DNA of 64,000 nt from Candidatus Bathyarchaeota archaeon (GTDB lineage: Archaea; Thermoproteota; Bathyarchaeia; Bathyarchaeales; Bathycorpusculaceae): contig CAVTBV010000013.1 of NCBI GenBank assembly GCA_963733095.1, positions 1 to 64,000 of the forward strand, written 5' to 3'. This document shows, one piece after another, positions 49,392 to 61,006 of this stretch. The stretch's first letter is position 1, and each line of letters begins with the position of its first letter. The notes below the pieces were generated by a model. That model was not told the origin of the DNA, made no database searches, and saw only the letters and a program-made list of their open reading frames with translations. The translations under genes were made by a program, and so were the position numbers.

Positions 49392-52300
49392 ATGGAGAAA
49401 GCACTGCAAAATGGCGATAATCTAAACGACTCTTCAGTTGCCAAGACGCAGCCTATGCTTACCTCCGAAGACATGGTAAACCTTCCTATAGAAGAACTCA
49501 TGGGACGCTTAAACTCGTCACAGCGGGGACTTACCTCTGAGCAAGCTGTCGAACGGCTTGAAGTTTACGGCAGCAACGAACTTGCCCGAGGACACAAACA
49601 CTCAGCCGTCAAAGAGTTCCTTCTGCATTTCAAGAGCCCTCTCGTAATTATACTCTTGATTGCAGGGATTATTTCGGGTTTTTTTGGTGAAATAGCCAAT
49701 ACTGCAATTATCTTAAGCATAATTTTCATCAGCGTCATACTCGACTATTACCAAGAAAATAAAGCAGAAAAAGCTGCTCAACTGCTTAAACAAAAAGTCA
49801 CCTCGACGGCCACGGTAATTAGGGATAATATTAAACAAGAAATAAAATTCCCAGACATCGTTCCTGGAGACATAATCTATCTTTCAGCCGGCGACATTGC
49901 ACCTGCTGACTCAAGAGTAATCAGCGCCAAAGACTTGTTCGTTAACCAGTCTTCCTTAACTGGGGAGTCATTTCCCGTCGAGAAAGCTGCAAGCACCATC
50001 ACAAGCAAGGAGGGTGCAATTACCGAATGGAGCAACTTTTGTTTCATGGGCACCTCCGTGGTCAGTGGCAGTGCAACTGCGATGGTTGTTAAAACCGGTA
50101 GTGCAACCGAATACGGGAAAATCGCGAAAAAACTCATAGAGAAAGCCCCTGAAACCGAATTCGAACGCGGCATCCGAAGCTTTGGTTTCCTCATCATGCA
50201 GGTAACCTTCTTGTTGGTTATCTTTGTGTTTTTAATAATTTCTTTGCGCAACCCCACCACCGATGGGGTCGTTACAGCTCTACTGTTCGCTGTCGCGTTG
50301 GCAGTTGGGTTGACACCTGAATTGCTGCCAATGATAATAACCATTAACCTCTCCAGAGGCGCCATGGCTATGTCCAAGAAAGGCGTTATCGTGAAACGAT
50401 TATCCGCCATAGAGAACTTTGGTAGCATGAACGTTTTATGCACTGACAAAACGGGTACCCTTACAGAAAACCGCATAAAACTCATATTGAACGTGGATAT
50501 GGAAGGCGACGAAGACGAAAAAGTATTCATGTATTCATTCCTCAACAGCAACTTCCAAACGGGATTGAAAAGCCCACTTGACGAAGCAATCCTGAAACAT
50601 AAAGAAATTGACACTTCAAAGTTTCTCAAGATAGATGAAGTGCCGTTTGATTTTATTCGAAGACGCGTTTCCGTAGTTGTGGAACGTGAGGGGCAAAGAT
50701 ATTTCATAGCTAAAGGTGCCCCCGAAGAAATCCTCAAAGTCTGCTCCTACTATGAGTTACGCAGAACAGTAGCGGACCTCACTGATAAGACAAAGAGGCA
50801 AATTGAGCAAAAATACCATGGCTACAGCGCCGAAGGACTACGAGTCTTAAGTATCGCATACAAGCGAATCAAAGAAGAAAAAGGGGTCTACTCGATAAAC
50901 GATGAAACCGACATGGTGTTTCTGGGCTTTGTAGCTTTCCTTGACCCACCCAAAGAAACAGCCAAACAATCGCTTCAAATGCTGACTAAGGCAGGAATTG
51001 AACTCAAAGTTCTCACAGGCGACAACGAACTTGTTACCCGAAAAGTTTGTGAAGAGCTGGGTTTTGAGATTAAGGGTGTTGCGCTTGGTCCAGATATAGC
51101 TAATATGTCAGATGAAGCGTTGACGGCTGTAGTTGAAGAGGCAACAATTTTCTGCCGCGTTAACCCCATTCAAAAAGACCGCATAATTGCTTTGTTAAAG
51201 AGAAACGGCCACGTAGTAGGCTACATGGGCGATGGAATAAACGATGCACCCTCACTGAAAACTAGCGACGTTGGAATCTCTGTTGACAATGCTGTAGATG
51301 TGGCAAGAGAATCAGCCGACATCATTCTCTCCAAAAACGATCTGACAGTTTTGGCAGAAGGTGTTTTTGAAGGACGCAAAACCTTTGGCAACACAATGAA
51401 ATACATCATGCTTGGCGTAAGCTCCAATTTTGGCAACATGTTTAGCGTTGCAGGAGCTTCTATATTCTTGACTTTTCTGCCTATGCTTCCAGTTCAGATT
51501 CTCTTAAACAATCTTCTCTACGACGTTTCCCAATCCACAATCACAACCGACCGCGTTGACGATGAATATGTTGAGAGACCAAAACGGTGGGATATCGGCT
51601 ACATTAGACAATTCATGCTGTATATGGGCCCAGTTAGTTCACTCTTTGACTTCTTAACTTTCTTCATTATGATAGTAGCCTTCAACATCCCTCTGGTAGG
51701 TTCCACCCTTCATGATCAATCACTATTCCAGACAGCTTGGTTTATCGAATCCCTCTGCTCACAAATCCTAGTTGTATTCGTAATTAGAACGCGACGAAAA
51801 CCATTCTGGAAGAGCAAGCCAAGCAAATACTTGATAGTCAGCGCCTTAACCATTCTTGCCTTCGCCTTAATATTGCCCTTCACGCCGCTTGGCGAAATAT
51901 TTGGGTTTATTGCGCCGCCTTCCTTGTTCTTTATAATCTTAACGCTTTTGCTAGGCGCATATTTGTTGCTTGCTGAAGTTATAAAGAACTGGTTCTTCAA
52001 ACGGCATGCCTATCGCCTAGAGCAAACCTTGGTTCCGAAACGAACTTACTACGTAACCAGAACGGCAAAACTGATGCAGGACATGATTGCAACAATTAGC
52101 CTAAGGGATGAAGATGAATTCACGATCGAATCGTTAACTGAGGACTTAAACAGCGCCATAACCTACCCTGTTAACTCAAACCAGATGGCGCGCAACCTCC
52201 AGTACCTGAGACGCTCTGGCCTAATCAGTGTAGACTGGAATAAACGTATTCTAAAGCGCGAAAAATCTATGAGCGAATATGTTAAGAAAAGCATAATCGG

Positions 52301-52412
52301 AGGTCCAATGTGGCCATCCGTAAGCGAGGAATGGCGAAAAATAAACAATATACTCCTAAACAAGCACGGCACAGTTAACGCGGAGTACCAGCAGCTAATT
52401 CCAAAACAATAA
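49392..52412 (+). CDS. mgtA: Mg2+-translocating P-type ATPase with C-terminal extension
   Basis: TGES, PELLP, DKTGT, GDGIND, SSNFGN and NNLLYD motifs. Confidence 0.93.
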   Translation: MEKALQNGDNLNDSSVAKTQPMLTSEDMVNLPIEELMGRLNSSQRGLTSEQAVERLEVYGSNELARGHKHSAVKEFLLHFKSPLVIILLIAGIISGFFGEIANTAIILSIIFISVILDYYQENKAEKAAQLLKQKVTSTATVIRDNIKQEIKFPDIVPGDIIYLSAGDIAPADSRVISAKDLFVNQSSLTGESFPVEKAASTITSKEGAITEWSNFCFMGTSVVSGSATAMVVKTGSATEYGKIAKKLIEKAPETEFERGIRSFGFLIMQVTFLLVIFVFLIISLRNPTTDGVVTALLFAVALAVGLTPELLPMIITINLSRGAMAMSKKGVIVKRLSAIENFGSMNVLCTDKTGTLTENRIKLILNVDMEGDEDEKVFMYSFLNSNFQTGLKSPLDEAILKHKEIDTSKFLKIDEVPFDFIRRRVSVVVEREGQRYFIAKGAPEEILKVCSYYELRRTVADLTDKTKRQIEQKYHGYSAEGLRVLSIAYKRIKEEKGVYSINDETDMVFLGFVAFLDPPKETAKQSLQMLTKAGIELKVLTGDNELVTRKVCEELGFEIKGVALGPDIANMSDEALTAVVEEATIFCRVNPIQKDRIIALLKRNGHVVGYMGDGINDAPSLKTSDVGISVDNAVDVARESADIILSKNDLTVLAEGVFEGRKTFGNTMKYIMLGVSSNFGNMFSVAGASIFLTFLPMLPVQILLNNLLYDVSQSTITTDRVDDEYVERPKRWDIGYIRQFMLYMGPVSSLFDFLTFFIMIVAFNIPLVGSTLHDQSLFQTAWFIESLCSQILVVFVIRTRRKPFWKSKPSKYLIVSALTILAFALILPFTPLGEIFGFIAPPSLFFIILTLLLGAYLLLAEVIKNWFFKRHAYRLEQTLVPKRTYYVTRTAKLMQDMIATISLRDEDEFTIESLTEDLNSAITYPVNSNQMARNLQYLRRSGLISVDWNKRILKREKSMSEYVKKSIIGGPMWPSVSEEWRKINNILLNKHGTVNAEYQQLIPKQ

Positions 52413-52557
52413 AAAAACTGTTTGTCGACTTTTCTTAAGTATTTGTTAAGTTGAAAACTGGTTTTAGTGAAGCCAAGTGAACAGATTATCTTGCGTCACA
52501 ATCTGGTAAACGTTGCAGAAAAACTGTTTTTAGTAATAAAAAATGGTGAAAAGAGGT

Positions 52558-52893
52558 TTATGCGCTAGTCGTTAGCTCTTTTAGTTGTTTTTTGGTTAAC
52601 CCCAATCCTGGCGTGGCGTCAAGTCTCTTTTTAACTTGTCCTTTGTTGAAAAGCAGAACGGTGGGGTAGTAGTCGATTTCGTATTTTTCGCATAAGTCTG
52701 GATTGTCATCTATCACGACGCTTATGCACTCCTGCGGATTGGTCTTGGCGTAGTCTTCAAAAATCGGCAGAAACCGTTGCGAGTAAGGACACCACGACGC
52801 ATAGAATAGAACGAATGCCTTCTCTTTGGAATTCCAGGAATCGTCAACGTTACTCTTTGCCTGTTTGGACTTTACTTTTTCAGCTTTGCTCAT
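52558..52893 (-). CDS. Thioredoxin-like protein (WCPYS, monothiol)
   Basis: FYASWCPYS and YPT motifs. Confidence 0.85.
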   Translation of the reverse strand: MSKAEKVKSKQAKSNVDDSWNSKEKAFVLFYASWCPYSQRFLPIFEDYAKTNPQECISVVIDDNPDLCEKYEIDYYPTVLLFNKGQVKKRLDATPGLGLTKKQLKELTTSA

Positions 52894-53633
52894 TTTATCA
52901 CCTCTCTATCTTCTTCAGGATAATGACTGCTGTCACAAAACGGCTTGTTAGTGGATTTTCCGCAGCGACAAAGCGTCACGCGGTTCCTGACTTCATAGGG
53001 TTTTCCTTCAGCCGAGTAGATGGGTATTGCGCCGCGAACCCAAATCGGGCCGTCCCCTCCTATGCCTGGATCGTCAATTAACCCAATCGATTTTTCAAGT
53101 GACGGCTCAATTGTTTTTCCCGTTTCTTTATCTACAACTACCAATCGACCAGATGGGCAGTCGCAGGCGTTGTCAATTGCGTTTTTCTTTGCCCATGACT
53201 CGTCTGATTGGAGGACTACCTGCCATATATCGCCTCCTCGATGGCAGAATCGTGCAGACGCGCAAAGTATCTCAGCATCCTTTAGTATTAATTTTGGGCT
53301 ATCGATAACCTTCGCCATTTTTTCGTAAAGTTCATTGTCGCTGGTTTCTGTTCCGTCAAAGTTTACTTTTTTATGAGTTCCATCGCAGAAAGGTTTGGTC
53401 TTTGATTGTCCGCATCGGCAAAGAGAATAGCTTTCTTTGGTCTGCAGTTTTTCGCCCATCACCCATTTCGCAGGTATGCCCTTAGAATCGCATTGAATCA
53501 ACATTTTAATTAAAGGAATGTTTCCAGACACACGGTAGGGTCCATTTTTTAAGACTCGTATTTTGGAGTTATCGCTTGATTTTGCATTTTCTTTATTTTC
53601 CAAGGCTTCATCTCTCTCAAACAAATTAAGCAC
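52890..53633 (-). CDS. CDGSH iron-sulfur domain protein (two CDGSH-type motifs)
   Basis: CRCGQSKTKPFCDGTH and CRCGKSTNKPFCDSSH; central CPSG domain. Confidence 0.92.
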   Translation of the reverse strand: MLNLFERDEALENKENAKSSDNSKIRVLKNGPYRVSGNIPLIKMLIQCDSKGIPAKWVMGEKLQTKESYSLCRCGQSKTKPFCDGTHKKVNFDGTETSDNELYEKMAKVIDSPKLILKDAEILCASARFCHRGGDIWQVVLQSDESWAKKNAIDNACDCPSGRLVVVDKETGKTIEPSLEKSIGLIDDPGIGGDGPIWVRGAIPIYSAEGKPYEVRNRVTLCRCGKSTNKPFCDSSHYPEEDREVIK

Positions 53634-53854
53634 TAAAAATATTAACCGATTATTACTTCAAAAGAACCCTTCTCGGATAGTTAAATTTTTTGTAGTTTCA
53701 TTTTATTGCCAAAAAATATTCTTTAAATGCGAAACTATGCAGGAGGCTACAGTTAATGAATTAAGCTTGTTACTGATGTGTTGCAACCACAAAGTATATA
53801 TTAAATAAAAAATGACACTACTATTTGAGTGAATTTCTCATATATTGAAGGTTT

Positions 53855-54082
53855 TTGATGAAAATAGGTTTATTCAAGTTTTCTTTTCAAAATATTTGGC
53901 GATTTACAAAACTCATATTTGTAATTCAACTTTTCAACTTGGCTATAAGTTACTTCGTTTGGTTATCTTATGAGTACATTGTGTCAGGCTGGACAATTGT
54001 TGCATTATCTATTGGTTACACAGCAATAATCTTGGCAATTAAAAATGCTCAAGAAAACCAAGCCAGAGTAGCCTTCAAGTAA
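53855..54082 (+). CDS. Small membrane hypothetical protein
   Basis: Two hydrophobic segments. Confidence 0.4.
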   Translation: MMKIGLFKFSFQNIWRFTKLIFVIQLFNLAISYFVWLSYEYIVSGWTIVALSIGYTAIILAIKNAQENQARVAFK

Positions 54083-54269
54083 GTAAAAATTTCGAAAACT
54101 TTTATTAACGCTTCAACCTTAGAAATTACAGTAAAATTCTACGTCAAAACCATGCAATCAGGTACGTTCTAATGCATTTTCTGTAAACTGCTGACTATGT
54201 TGTCAATGCAACGCAGTAACGTGGTTATCGAGCTACATGAAAACAGTTTTGGAAAGGAGGTGAATTGGT

Positions 54270-54833
54270 TTGTCTGAGGAAAAAAAGAAGAAAATGTACT
54301 ATTATTATGGCGGTAAAGAGAAAAAAGCTGGCGAAATCAAAAAACACGCCGAAGAAATTGCCCCTTTCTCTTCTAGTGCGTTTCAGCGGGATTTTGACAG
54401 AATGATGAAGAGTTTCCAACGTGAATTTGACGACTTCTGGGAAACGCCCTCGCGGTGGGGTCGTGGAATGCGGTGGAGGCATGGCTTTCCAATTATGCCT
54501 TTCAGAGATACAATGATGCCTTCAGTTGACCTTGAGGATCGCGGGAAGGATTTCCGTTTGACGGTGGATTTGCCCGGTTTTACCAAGGAAAATGTGGAAA
54601 TCGAAGTAACCGATGATTCAGTGGCAATTCAGGCGAAAAAAAGCGTTGAAGAAGAAGAGAAAAAGAAAAATTATGTTCGTCGTGAAAGAGCAGCTCAAAC
54701 TTTCTACCGTAGAGTTCAGTTGCCCGCAATGGTGCGGTCAGATGATGCAAAAGCAAACCTGAACAATGGCGTACTGGAGATTACGCTGCCCAAGAAAGAG
54801 CCAAAAGAAACCAAAAAAGTTGCCATAGAATAG
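54270..54833 (+). CDS. Small heat-shock protein Hsp20
   Basis: VDLPG, F.RRVQLP and NNGVLEITLPK motifs. Confidence 0.95.
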   Translation: MSEEKKKKMYYYYGGKEKKAGEIKKHAEEIAPFSSSAFQRDFDRMMKSFQREFDDFWETPSRWGRGMRWRHGFPIMPFRDTMMPSVDLEDRGKDFRLTVDLPGFTKENVEIEVTDDSVAIQAKKSVEEEEKKKNYVRRERAAQTFYRRVQLPAMVRSDDAKANLNNGVLEITLPKKEPKETKKVAIE

Positions 54834-55045
54834 GCAGGGAAGGTTTTTTCTTTCCTTTTCTTGCTTAAAATTTTTTGTCAAATACATTAACCCAGTGTTT
54901 TACCATTTTAACGGGAGTCGTAGAACAATCATTCTTCTAATTCGTTATTTTTTATGGAGTTGCGAGAGAATTAAACAATAAAAAAGGTTATTGTTTCAGA
55001 AAGAATTTATTAGTATAAGTGCGTTATAAAACAAATGCGATAAAC

Positions 55046-55402
55046 ATGGATCCTCAATGCGAAATAATAGGCAAATATGTTCTACCAATTTTTAGGTCAA
55101 TGCTAGCCAAAGAACTCGTACAAAAATACCATCTCTCGCAGACAGAAGCCGCAAAAAAATTGGGCACCACCCAAGCCGCAGTAAGCCAATACCTAAGTTC
55201 AAAACGTGCTTACAAAGGCACTGAGCAAGTTGAGCAGTACTTGCCCAAAATACAAAGTATGGCTGCTGAAACTGCCCAAAAGCTTGTAAGTAATGAAATT
55301 GCAGCCAAAGATGTTACCTTTGATTTCTGCAAGCTCTGCGTCACTTTTTGTACAAAAGATTCAGTGAAAACTAACGTTCTAAGCCCTGAATATTACATTT
55401 GA
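55046..55402 (+). CDS. HTH transcriptional regulator with conserved cysteines
   Basis: PQCEI...SQTEAAKKLGTTQAAVSQY...CKLC. Confidence 0.88.
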   Translation: MDPQCEIIGKYVLPIFRSMLAKELVQKYHLSQTEAAKKLGTTQAAVSQYLSSKRAYKGTEQVEQYLPKIQSMAAETAQKLVSNEIAAKDVTFDFCKLCVTFCTKDSVKTNVLSPEYYI

Positions 55403-55416
55403 CACTCAAAGCAGGC

Positions 55417-55971
55417 TTAAAGCATCCGTAGCAAATCTGCTTTCGTAATGATGCCTACCACGACGCCTTTCTTTGATACTAAAACCGCCGAGTACGTCTG
55501 CAAAAGACTTGTGATTAGCGATAATGGTGCATCCTCGTTTATCTGAGGGAATGCTTCTTCCATGATGTCTTCTGTGGGCAATTTGGATATTTGTTCCAAG
55601 TCTTTTCCTGAAAGAATTTGATGCAGGATTGCTTTCTCTGAGATGCTGCCAACAGACTGTTTTCCACTGAACACGGGTAGTTGAGAGTAGCCGTGGTCTT
55701 TCATTATTTTTACGACTTCTGAGATTAGCTGGTCTTTTTGGATGCTTAGGACGTCCGTGTGAACTATCTTTTCTGTTTGAACTTTTGTTTTGAATTCTAA
55801 GCGTTCGAGCACGTCGAATATTGTTTTTACTGTGGTGTATGATGAATCTGTGGTGCCTGATTCGAGTTTGGCGATTAGTGATTGGCTGACGCCTGCCATT
55901 TTGGCTAATTCGGATTGTTTTAGGCATAGTTGTTTGCGGCGTTTGGCGATGTCTTCTATTGTGGGAAACAT
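55417..55971 (-). CDS. XRE-HTH + tandem CBS domain regulator
   Basis: QSELAKMAGVSQSLIAKLESG, YSQLPV and GIITKADL motifs. Confidence 0.92.
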   Translation of the reverse strand: MFPTIEDIAKRRKQLCLKQSELAKMAGVSQSLIAKLESGTTDSSYTTVKTIFDVLERLEFKTKVQTEKIVHTDVLSIQKDQLISEVVKIMKDHGYSQLPVFSGKQSVGSISEKAILHQILSGKDLEQISKLPTEDIMEEAFPQINEDAPLSLITSLLQTYSAVLVSKKGVVVGIITKADLLRML

Positions 55972-56082
55972 GGATAGTAATTGTTTTGCTCTGGTAATAT
56001 TCTTTTTGGAATATTTTTTGCAAGAACCAATATAACGCCGTTATTCATATTTTGTTTTAACCAAAAACAGAGGCAACAAAAA

Positions 56083-57384
56083 GTGCCAAACAAAAAAATA
56101 GACACAATAGCCCTCCACGCAGGGCAAGAAACTCCTGACCCAACCACAGGATCAAGAGCCGTCCCTATCTACCAGACCAGCTCATACGTATTCAAGAGCA
56201 CAGAGTATGCAGCAAACCTATTTGCCCTAAAAGAAATAGGAAACATTTACACCAGAATGAACAACCCTACAAACGATGTTTTCGAAAAAAGAGTCGCCGC
56301 CATCGAAGGCGGAACAGGAGCGTTAGCCGTAGCATCAGGTCAATCCGCAATATCACTGGCACTGTTAACCATAACCCAAGTAGGTGACGAAATCGTAGCA
56401 GCCAACAACCTCTACGGCGGAACCTACAGCCTACTCCACTACACCTTCCGCAAACTGGCCAGAACAACAACATTTGTTGACTCCCAGAAACCCAGCGAAT
56501 TCAAAAAAGCCATAACGTCCAAAACCCGCGCAATCTACGCTGAAACCATAGGAAACCCCAAACTCGACGTTCCTGACTTTGAGGCATTAGCAAAAATAGC
56601 CCATGAAGCAGGCGTACCCTTAGTTGTGGATAACACAGTTGGCGTAGGCTTAGTAAAACCAATCGACTTTGGCGCAGACATAATCGCAACTTCAGCAACC
56701 AAATACATCGGCGGGCATGGAACAAGCATCGGCGGTGTAATCGTTGACTCTGGCAAATTCAAATGGAACAACGGCAAATACCCGGAATTCACCGAGCCAG
56801 ACCCCAGCTACCATGGAGTAAAATACTGGGATAACTTTGGCAATTTTCCAGGCTTAGGAAACGTCGCCTTCATCATCAAAGCCCGAGTCCAACTCCTACG
56901 CGACTTAGGGCCAGCTTTAAGCCCCTTCAACGCCTTCCTGTTCCTCCAAGGGCTAGAAGATTTGCCACTAAGACAACGCAGACACTCTGAAAACGCCCTG
57001 CAGGTGGCTCAGTTCCTGAAAAATCACCCATTAGTTAGCTGGGTTAATTATCCAGGGTTAACTGACAACCCCAATCACAAGTTAGCCTCAAAATACCTCA
57101 AAAAACACTACGGCGGTTTAGTCGGCTTTGGCATCAAAGGCGGTTTAGCATCAGGCAAAAAATTCATCGAATCTGTAAAGCTACTCTCGCATCTAGCCAA
57201 CATCGGCGACGCAAAAAGCCTCGTCATCCACCCAGCATCAACCACACACCAGCAACTCACCACACAAGAACAAGCCACAACAGGCGTAACTCCCGACTAC
57301 ATCAGACTCTCAATCGGCATAGAAGACCCCGAAGACATAATCGCCGACATAGACCAAGCACTCAAAGTGTCAGCCAAGCCGTAA
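56083..57384 (+). CDS. metY: O-acetylhomoserine aminocarboxypropyltransferase (sulfhydrylase)
   Basis: [24 protein letters not shown] and [10 protein letters not shown] motifs. Confidence 0.95.
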   Translation: MPNKKIDTIALHAGQETPDPTTGSRAVPIYQTSSYVFKSTEYAANLFALKEIGNIYTRMNNPTNDVFEKRVAAIEGGTGALAVASGQSAISLALLTITQVGDEIVAANNLYGGTYSLLHYTFRKLARTTTFVDSQKPSEFKKAITSKTRAIYAETIGNPKLDVPDFEALAKIAHEAGVPLVVDNTVGVGLVKPIDFGADIIATSATKYIGGHGTSIGGVIVDSGKFKWNNGKYPEFTEPDPSYHGVKYWDNFGNFPGLGNVAFIIKARVQLLRDLGPALSPFNAFLFLQGLEDLPLRQRRHSENALQVAQFLKNHPLVSWVNYPGLTDNPNHKLASKYLKKHYGGLVGFGIKGGLASGKKFIESVKLLSHLANIGDAKSLVIHPASTTHQQLTTQEQATTGVTPDYIRLSIGIEDPEDIIADIDQALKVSAKP

Positions 57385-57406
57385 ATACCACAAATTTTTC
57401 TTTTTT

Positions 57407-58540
57407 ATGGAGGCAAATAAACTAATAACCAACGAAAAAACTGACCCAACCCAAAACTTCACTTTCGCTCATCCTCCAGATGAGTTAACGTTAGAATCAG
57501 GCGAAAAACTAGGCCCAATAACGCTTGCATACGAAACATACGGCAAACTTAATGCACAAAAATCAAACGCAATTCTGGTTCTTCATGCACTCACAGGGGA
57601 TGCTCATTCTGCTGGTCCAGGCGGGTGGTGGCAGAACCTTATCGGCTCAGGCAAAGGTATTAACACTGACAAGTATTTTGTGGTATGCAGCAATGTTGTT
57701 GGGGGCTGCAAAGGCTCCATCGGTCCCACTTCAATTAATCCAAAAACAGGAAAGCCGTATGGTCTTAGTTTTCCCTTAATCAGCATCGGCGATATAGTTC
57801 AAGCCCAAAAACATCTCATCGACCACTTGGGAATTGAGAAGCTTTTAGCCGTCATTGGCGGCTCAATGGGCGGCATGCAAGTTTTGCAATGGATGGTTTC
57901 TTACCCAAACAAAATTCGCTCAGCAATTCCCATCGCAACAACAATGAAACATACGCCACAGCAGATAGCCTTCAACGAAGTCGGACGGCAAGCAGTGATG
58001 TCTGACCCTGACTGGAAAAATGGTAACTATTACGACTATGATCCTCCCGCTAAGGGTTTAGCTCTTGCAAGGATGATTGGACACATAACTTACATGAGTG
58101 ACACTTCGATGACTGAGAAGTTTGGGAGAAAAACCCGTGCCGACAAAGAGCCCTTCAAATTCAGCGCTGACTACGAAGTTGAAGGTTACCTCCGCTACAG
58201 AGGCGACAACTTCGTTAAACGCTTCGATGCAAACAGCTACCTCTACCTAACAAAAGCCATCGACAACTTCAACCTCCTCAACGGACACCCCCTAAGTAGC
58301 GTATTTGGTGGCTTAAAGGCGAAAGTGCTGGTTTTAGCGTTCAAATCTGACTGGCTCTACCCAGCCTACCAAAGCCAAGAAATCGTTAAAGCCTGCAAAT
58401 TAGCAGGCGTAGAGGCAAGCTATTGCGAAATAAACAGCACCTACGGACACGACTCTTTCCTTTTAGAAACTGAGCAGGAAACGCAGCTAATCGGAGGCTT
58501 TCTAAAAGCTGTATCCAACACAGGTGGGAGCAACAACTAA
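57407..58540 (+). CDS. metX: Homoserine O-acetyltransferase
   Basis: HALTGD, GGSMGG, FDANSY and GHDSFL motifs. Confidence 0.95.
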   Translation: MEANKLITNEKTDPTQNFTFAHPPDELTLESGEKLGPITLAYETYGKLNAQKSNAILVLHALTGDAHSAGPGGWWQNLIGSGKGINTDKYFVVCSNVVGGCKGSIGPTSINPKTGKPYGLSFPLISIGDIVQAQKHLIDHLGIEKLLAVIGGSMGGMQVLQWMVSYPNKIRSAIPIATTMKHTPQQIAFNEVGRQAVMSDPDWKNGNYYDYDPPAKGLALARMIGHITYMSDTSMTEKFGRKTRADKEPFKFSADYEVEGYLRYRGDNFVKRFDANSYLYLTKAIDNFNLLNGHPLSSVFGGLKAKVLVLAFKSDWLYPAYQSQEIVKACKLAGVEASYCEINSTYGHDSFLLETEQETQLIGGFLKAVSNTGGSNN

Positions 58541-58542
58541 AC

Positions 58543-59136
58543 ATGACAAAACAAACTCATGTAATCGAACACAGAGTCATTTCAAGCTGGGTTAGTAGCC
58601 GAGCATCCGTGTTAGATTTGGGCTGCGGCGATGGCGAACTACTTAATTTGCTAATTCGAAACAAGCAAGTGCACGCTCAGGGCGTTGAGCTAAGCGAACA
58701 AGCCATCCATAACTGCGTTGCAGCGGGATTAAGCGTGTTCCAACAAGACATCGACACGGGATTAACAGAATACGCCGACAAAAGCGTAGATTACGTTATT
58801 TTGAACCAGACGCTGCAGCAAGTCAAAAAACCAGATTTTGCCATAAAAGAAGCCCTACGCGTCGGCAAAAAAGTTATCGTTGGCTTCCCCAACTTCTGCT
58901 ACGTAACAGATAGGTTCCAGATTTTCTTCCGCGGAAAAGTCCCCGTTACCCCTTCACTACCCTACGAATGGTACGATACACCTAACCTGCACTTCCTAAG
59001 CATTGCAGACTTCAAAGAATACTGCAGAAAAAACCAACTAACCGTTGTGGATGCGGCGTTTATTTCAAAAAACCGTCTGGTTAGGTTTTTGCCCAATCTT
59101 TTTGGTGAAGTGGGGCTTTTTCTGCTTTCAACATAA
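58543..59136 (+). CDS. metW: Methionine biosynthesis protein MetW
   Basis: LDLGCGDG and LPYEWYDTPNLH motifs; follows metX. Confidence 0.93.
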   Translation: MTKQTHVIEHRVISSWVSSRASVLDLGCGDGELLNLLIRNKQVHAQGVELSEQAIHNCVAAGLSVFQQDIDTGLTEYADKSVDYVILNQTLQQVKKPDFAIKEALRVGKKVIVGFPNFCYVTDRFQIFFRGKVPVTPSLPYEWYDTPNLHFLSIADFKEYCRKNQLTVVDAAFISKNRLVRFLPNLFGEVGLFLLST

Positions 59137-59377
59137 AGCTCTCGTTTCTGAATTGAGTTACTAATAGGATCCAAAATACGCTCCAAATATGCTTGAAGCC
59201 TTTGTCGGGTTCCTTGTTTAGACCTCTTGAGTAGTAAAATTTTGTTAGTCAAGGAATCTTGACGAAAAAGGTTTTATTTCTAAGTCACTGAACTCACCCT
59301 TGAGCAATCCATGGGCAAAAATGTTAGCGGTTGTTTGCAAAAATATATGAAGACAGAGCACCAATGGGTTTGCATGG

Positions 59378-61006
59378 GTGGGGTTAGGTATTAAACAGCG
59401 GATGCTTCTCTGTTTATCTATTGCTTCCCTAGTCGTCGTTTACTTTCTTAGCGTACAAGTTGCTCCAACCGACTCCTGCTATGGTCCCTGCATAACTGCA
59501 GACATCGACAAAACTCAACTTAATATCAACCAAACCGTCACTGTGACCGGGCAAGTGTGTCCTCCCGCAGAAAATAAGACCATACGGGTTGCCTTCACAC
59601 GACCAGACTACACCTACGTTGAACAGTACGTGCTAACGGACCCAGTTACAGGAAATTTTAGTGTTACCCAAAAACTCGACATGGCGGGCTACTGGAACAT
59701 ATTTCCAATAGATGGTCACATCAGCGACAGATTATTTGCCCACGTAACTGACCCTGCAAACCCCAATGCACCATCTCCAACACCGAGCATAGCATTGCCA
59801 TACAAGCCCAACTGGTCAGTTATCGGCGTAACCGTTGCTTTTCTAAGTGCAGGCACCATTGTTTTGTTTTTTGGAACCCGAAACAAAACCCGAAAGATCA
59901 GTTCCCTGCGCTTGTTTGTCCAAATATGTTTAATCTTTGTTCTCTTTGCAGGAATATTCGTCGACCACTACGGTTTGCCCGTGCCTGCATCTCAGATTGC
60001 TCCTCACGAATTAGACATAGGAACCAGCGTGCTTGGCGTGGGTATGCCTGATGGGTTGCCTGCACCCTTCTTTGGCTGTTTCTATCCTTGCGGAAGAGTC
60101 TCGACTTGTGCGCTTTGGCAGATTCAAGCTTACATTTACCCGTTCTTTGATGTTGCCGGCGGTTGGGGCGTACATTACGACTCAACTGGGTTGGCAAGGT
60201 TAGCAGTGGTCTTTGGCATAATCATTCTGGCAGCGGTGGTTTTGGGAAGGTTTTGGTGCGGTTGGGTCTGCCCCTTTGGCTTATACGTGGATTTGATGAC
60301 GCGTCTGCGCAAAGCGTTGAAGATTAAGCGACGCAACTTTTCAGACAAGTTTAACGAGCGGTTCCACCAGTTAAGCTACCTCATACTAGCATTAATCATA
60401 ATTCTAAGCGTGGTCTTTGCTTCTCAAGCCCTCTCAGGCACCCAACTGGTAGCTGGAACCCAAAAAGGCGGATTCGTCTACACCTACTTCTCAGCGCCCT
60501 TCTGCCAAGTCTGCCCCATGAAACCCCTCTGCATCTTAACAGAGACCGGCGTAGGCTTAATGAAACCTGCATGGATAACCCAGAACACCACCGGACAATT
60601 CTGGCAACTAGGATACTACGTAACCTCAACCAACCTCATAATATTCGGCTTGGTTACGGCAGCAGCGTTCTTCTTCCGCCGGTCCTGGTGCAGAATATGT
60701 CCACTGGGCGCTTTGATTGCACTCTTTAACCGTTTTCCACCCTTCAAATGGGTCAGCGGCGTACGCCTAAACAAGATAGAGGAAAAATGCACCAAATGCG
60801 GCATATGCAAACGGGTTTGTCCCACCCAAGTAAAGGAGGTTTACGAGCAAAAAAGCGGCGACGTGGCGAGTTCGCAGTGTATTTACTGTTTGCGTTGCGT
60901 AGAGATGTGTCCCAACGAGGATTGTCTGCAGTTCAAGTTTGCGGGGAAGACCGTTTGTCGGTCGAGGAATTGGTTAAATAAATCTGACAGTGTAAGGATG
61001 GAATAA
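59378..61006 (+). CDS. NapH/MauN-type membrane 4Fe-4S protein with N-terminal extracellular domain
   Basis: GRFWCGWVCPFG, WCRICPLG, two CxxCxxCxxxCP motifs. Confidence 0.88.
   Translation: MGLGIKQRMLLCLSIASLVVVYFLSVQVAPTDSCYGPCITADIDKTQLNINQTVTVTGQVCPPAENKTIRVAFTRPDYTYVEQYVLTDPVTGNFSVTQKLDMAGYWNIFPIDGHISDRLFAHVTDPANPNAPSPTPSIALPYKPNWSVIGVTVAFLSAGTIVLFFGTRNKTRKISSLRLFVQICLIFVLFAGIFVDHYGLPVPASQIAPHELDIGTSVLGVGMPDGLPAPFFGCFYPCGRVSTCALWQIQAYIYPFFDVAGGWGVHYDSTGLARLAVVFGIIILAAVVLGRFWCGWVCPFGLYVDLMTRLRKALKIKRRNFSDKFNERFHQLSYLILALIIILSVVFASQALSGTQLVAGTQKGGFVYTYFSAPFCQVCPMKPLCILTETGVGLMKPAWITQNTTGQFWQLGYYVTSTNLIIFGLVTAAAFFFRRSWCRICPLGALIALFNRFPPFKWVSGVRLNKIEEKCTKCGICKRVCPTQVKEVYEQKSGDVASSQCIYCLRCVEMCPNEDCLQFKFAGKTVCRSRNWLNKSDSVRME

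Noticed and set aside
36898-56023. Long antisense or alternative-frame ORFs (e.g. 38040-38741, 49877-50737, 55406-56023)
   Set aside because: Shadows of well-supported genes
55972-56082. SAM riboswitch upstream of metY-metX-metW
   Set aside because: Short AT-rich divergent promoter with no aptamer-like structure
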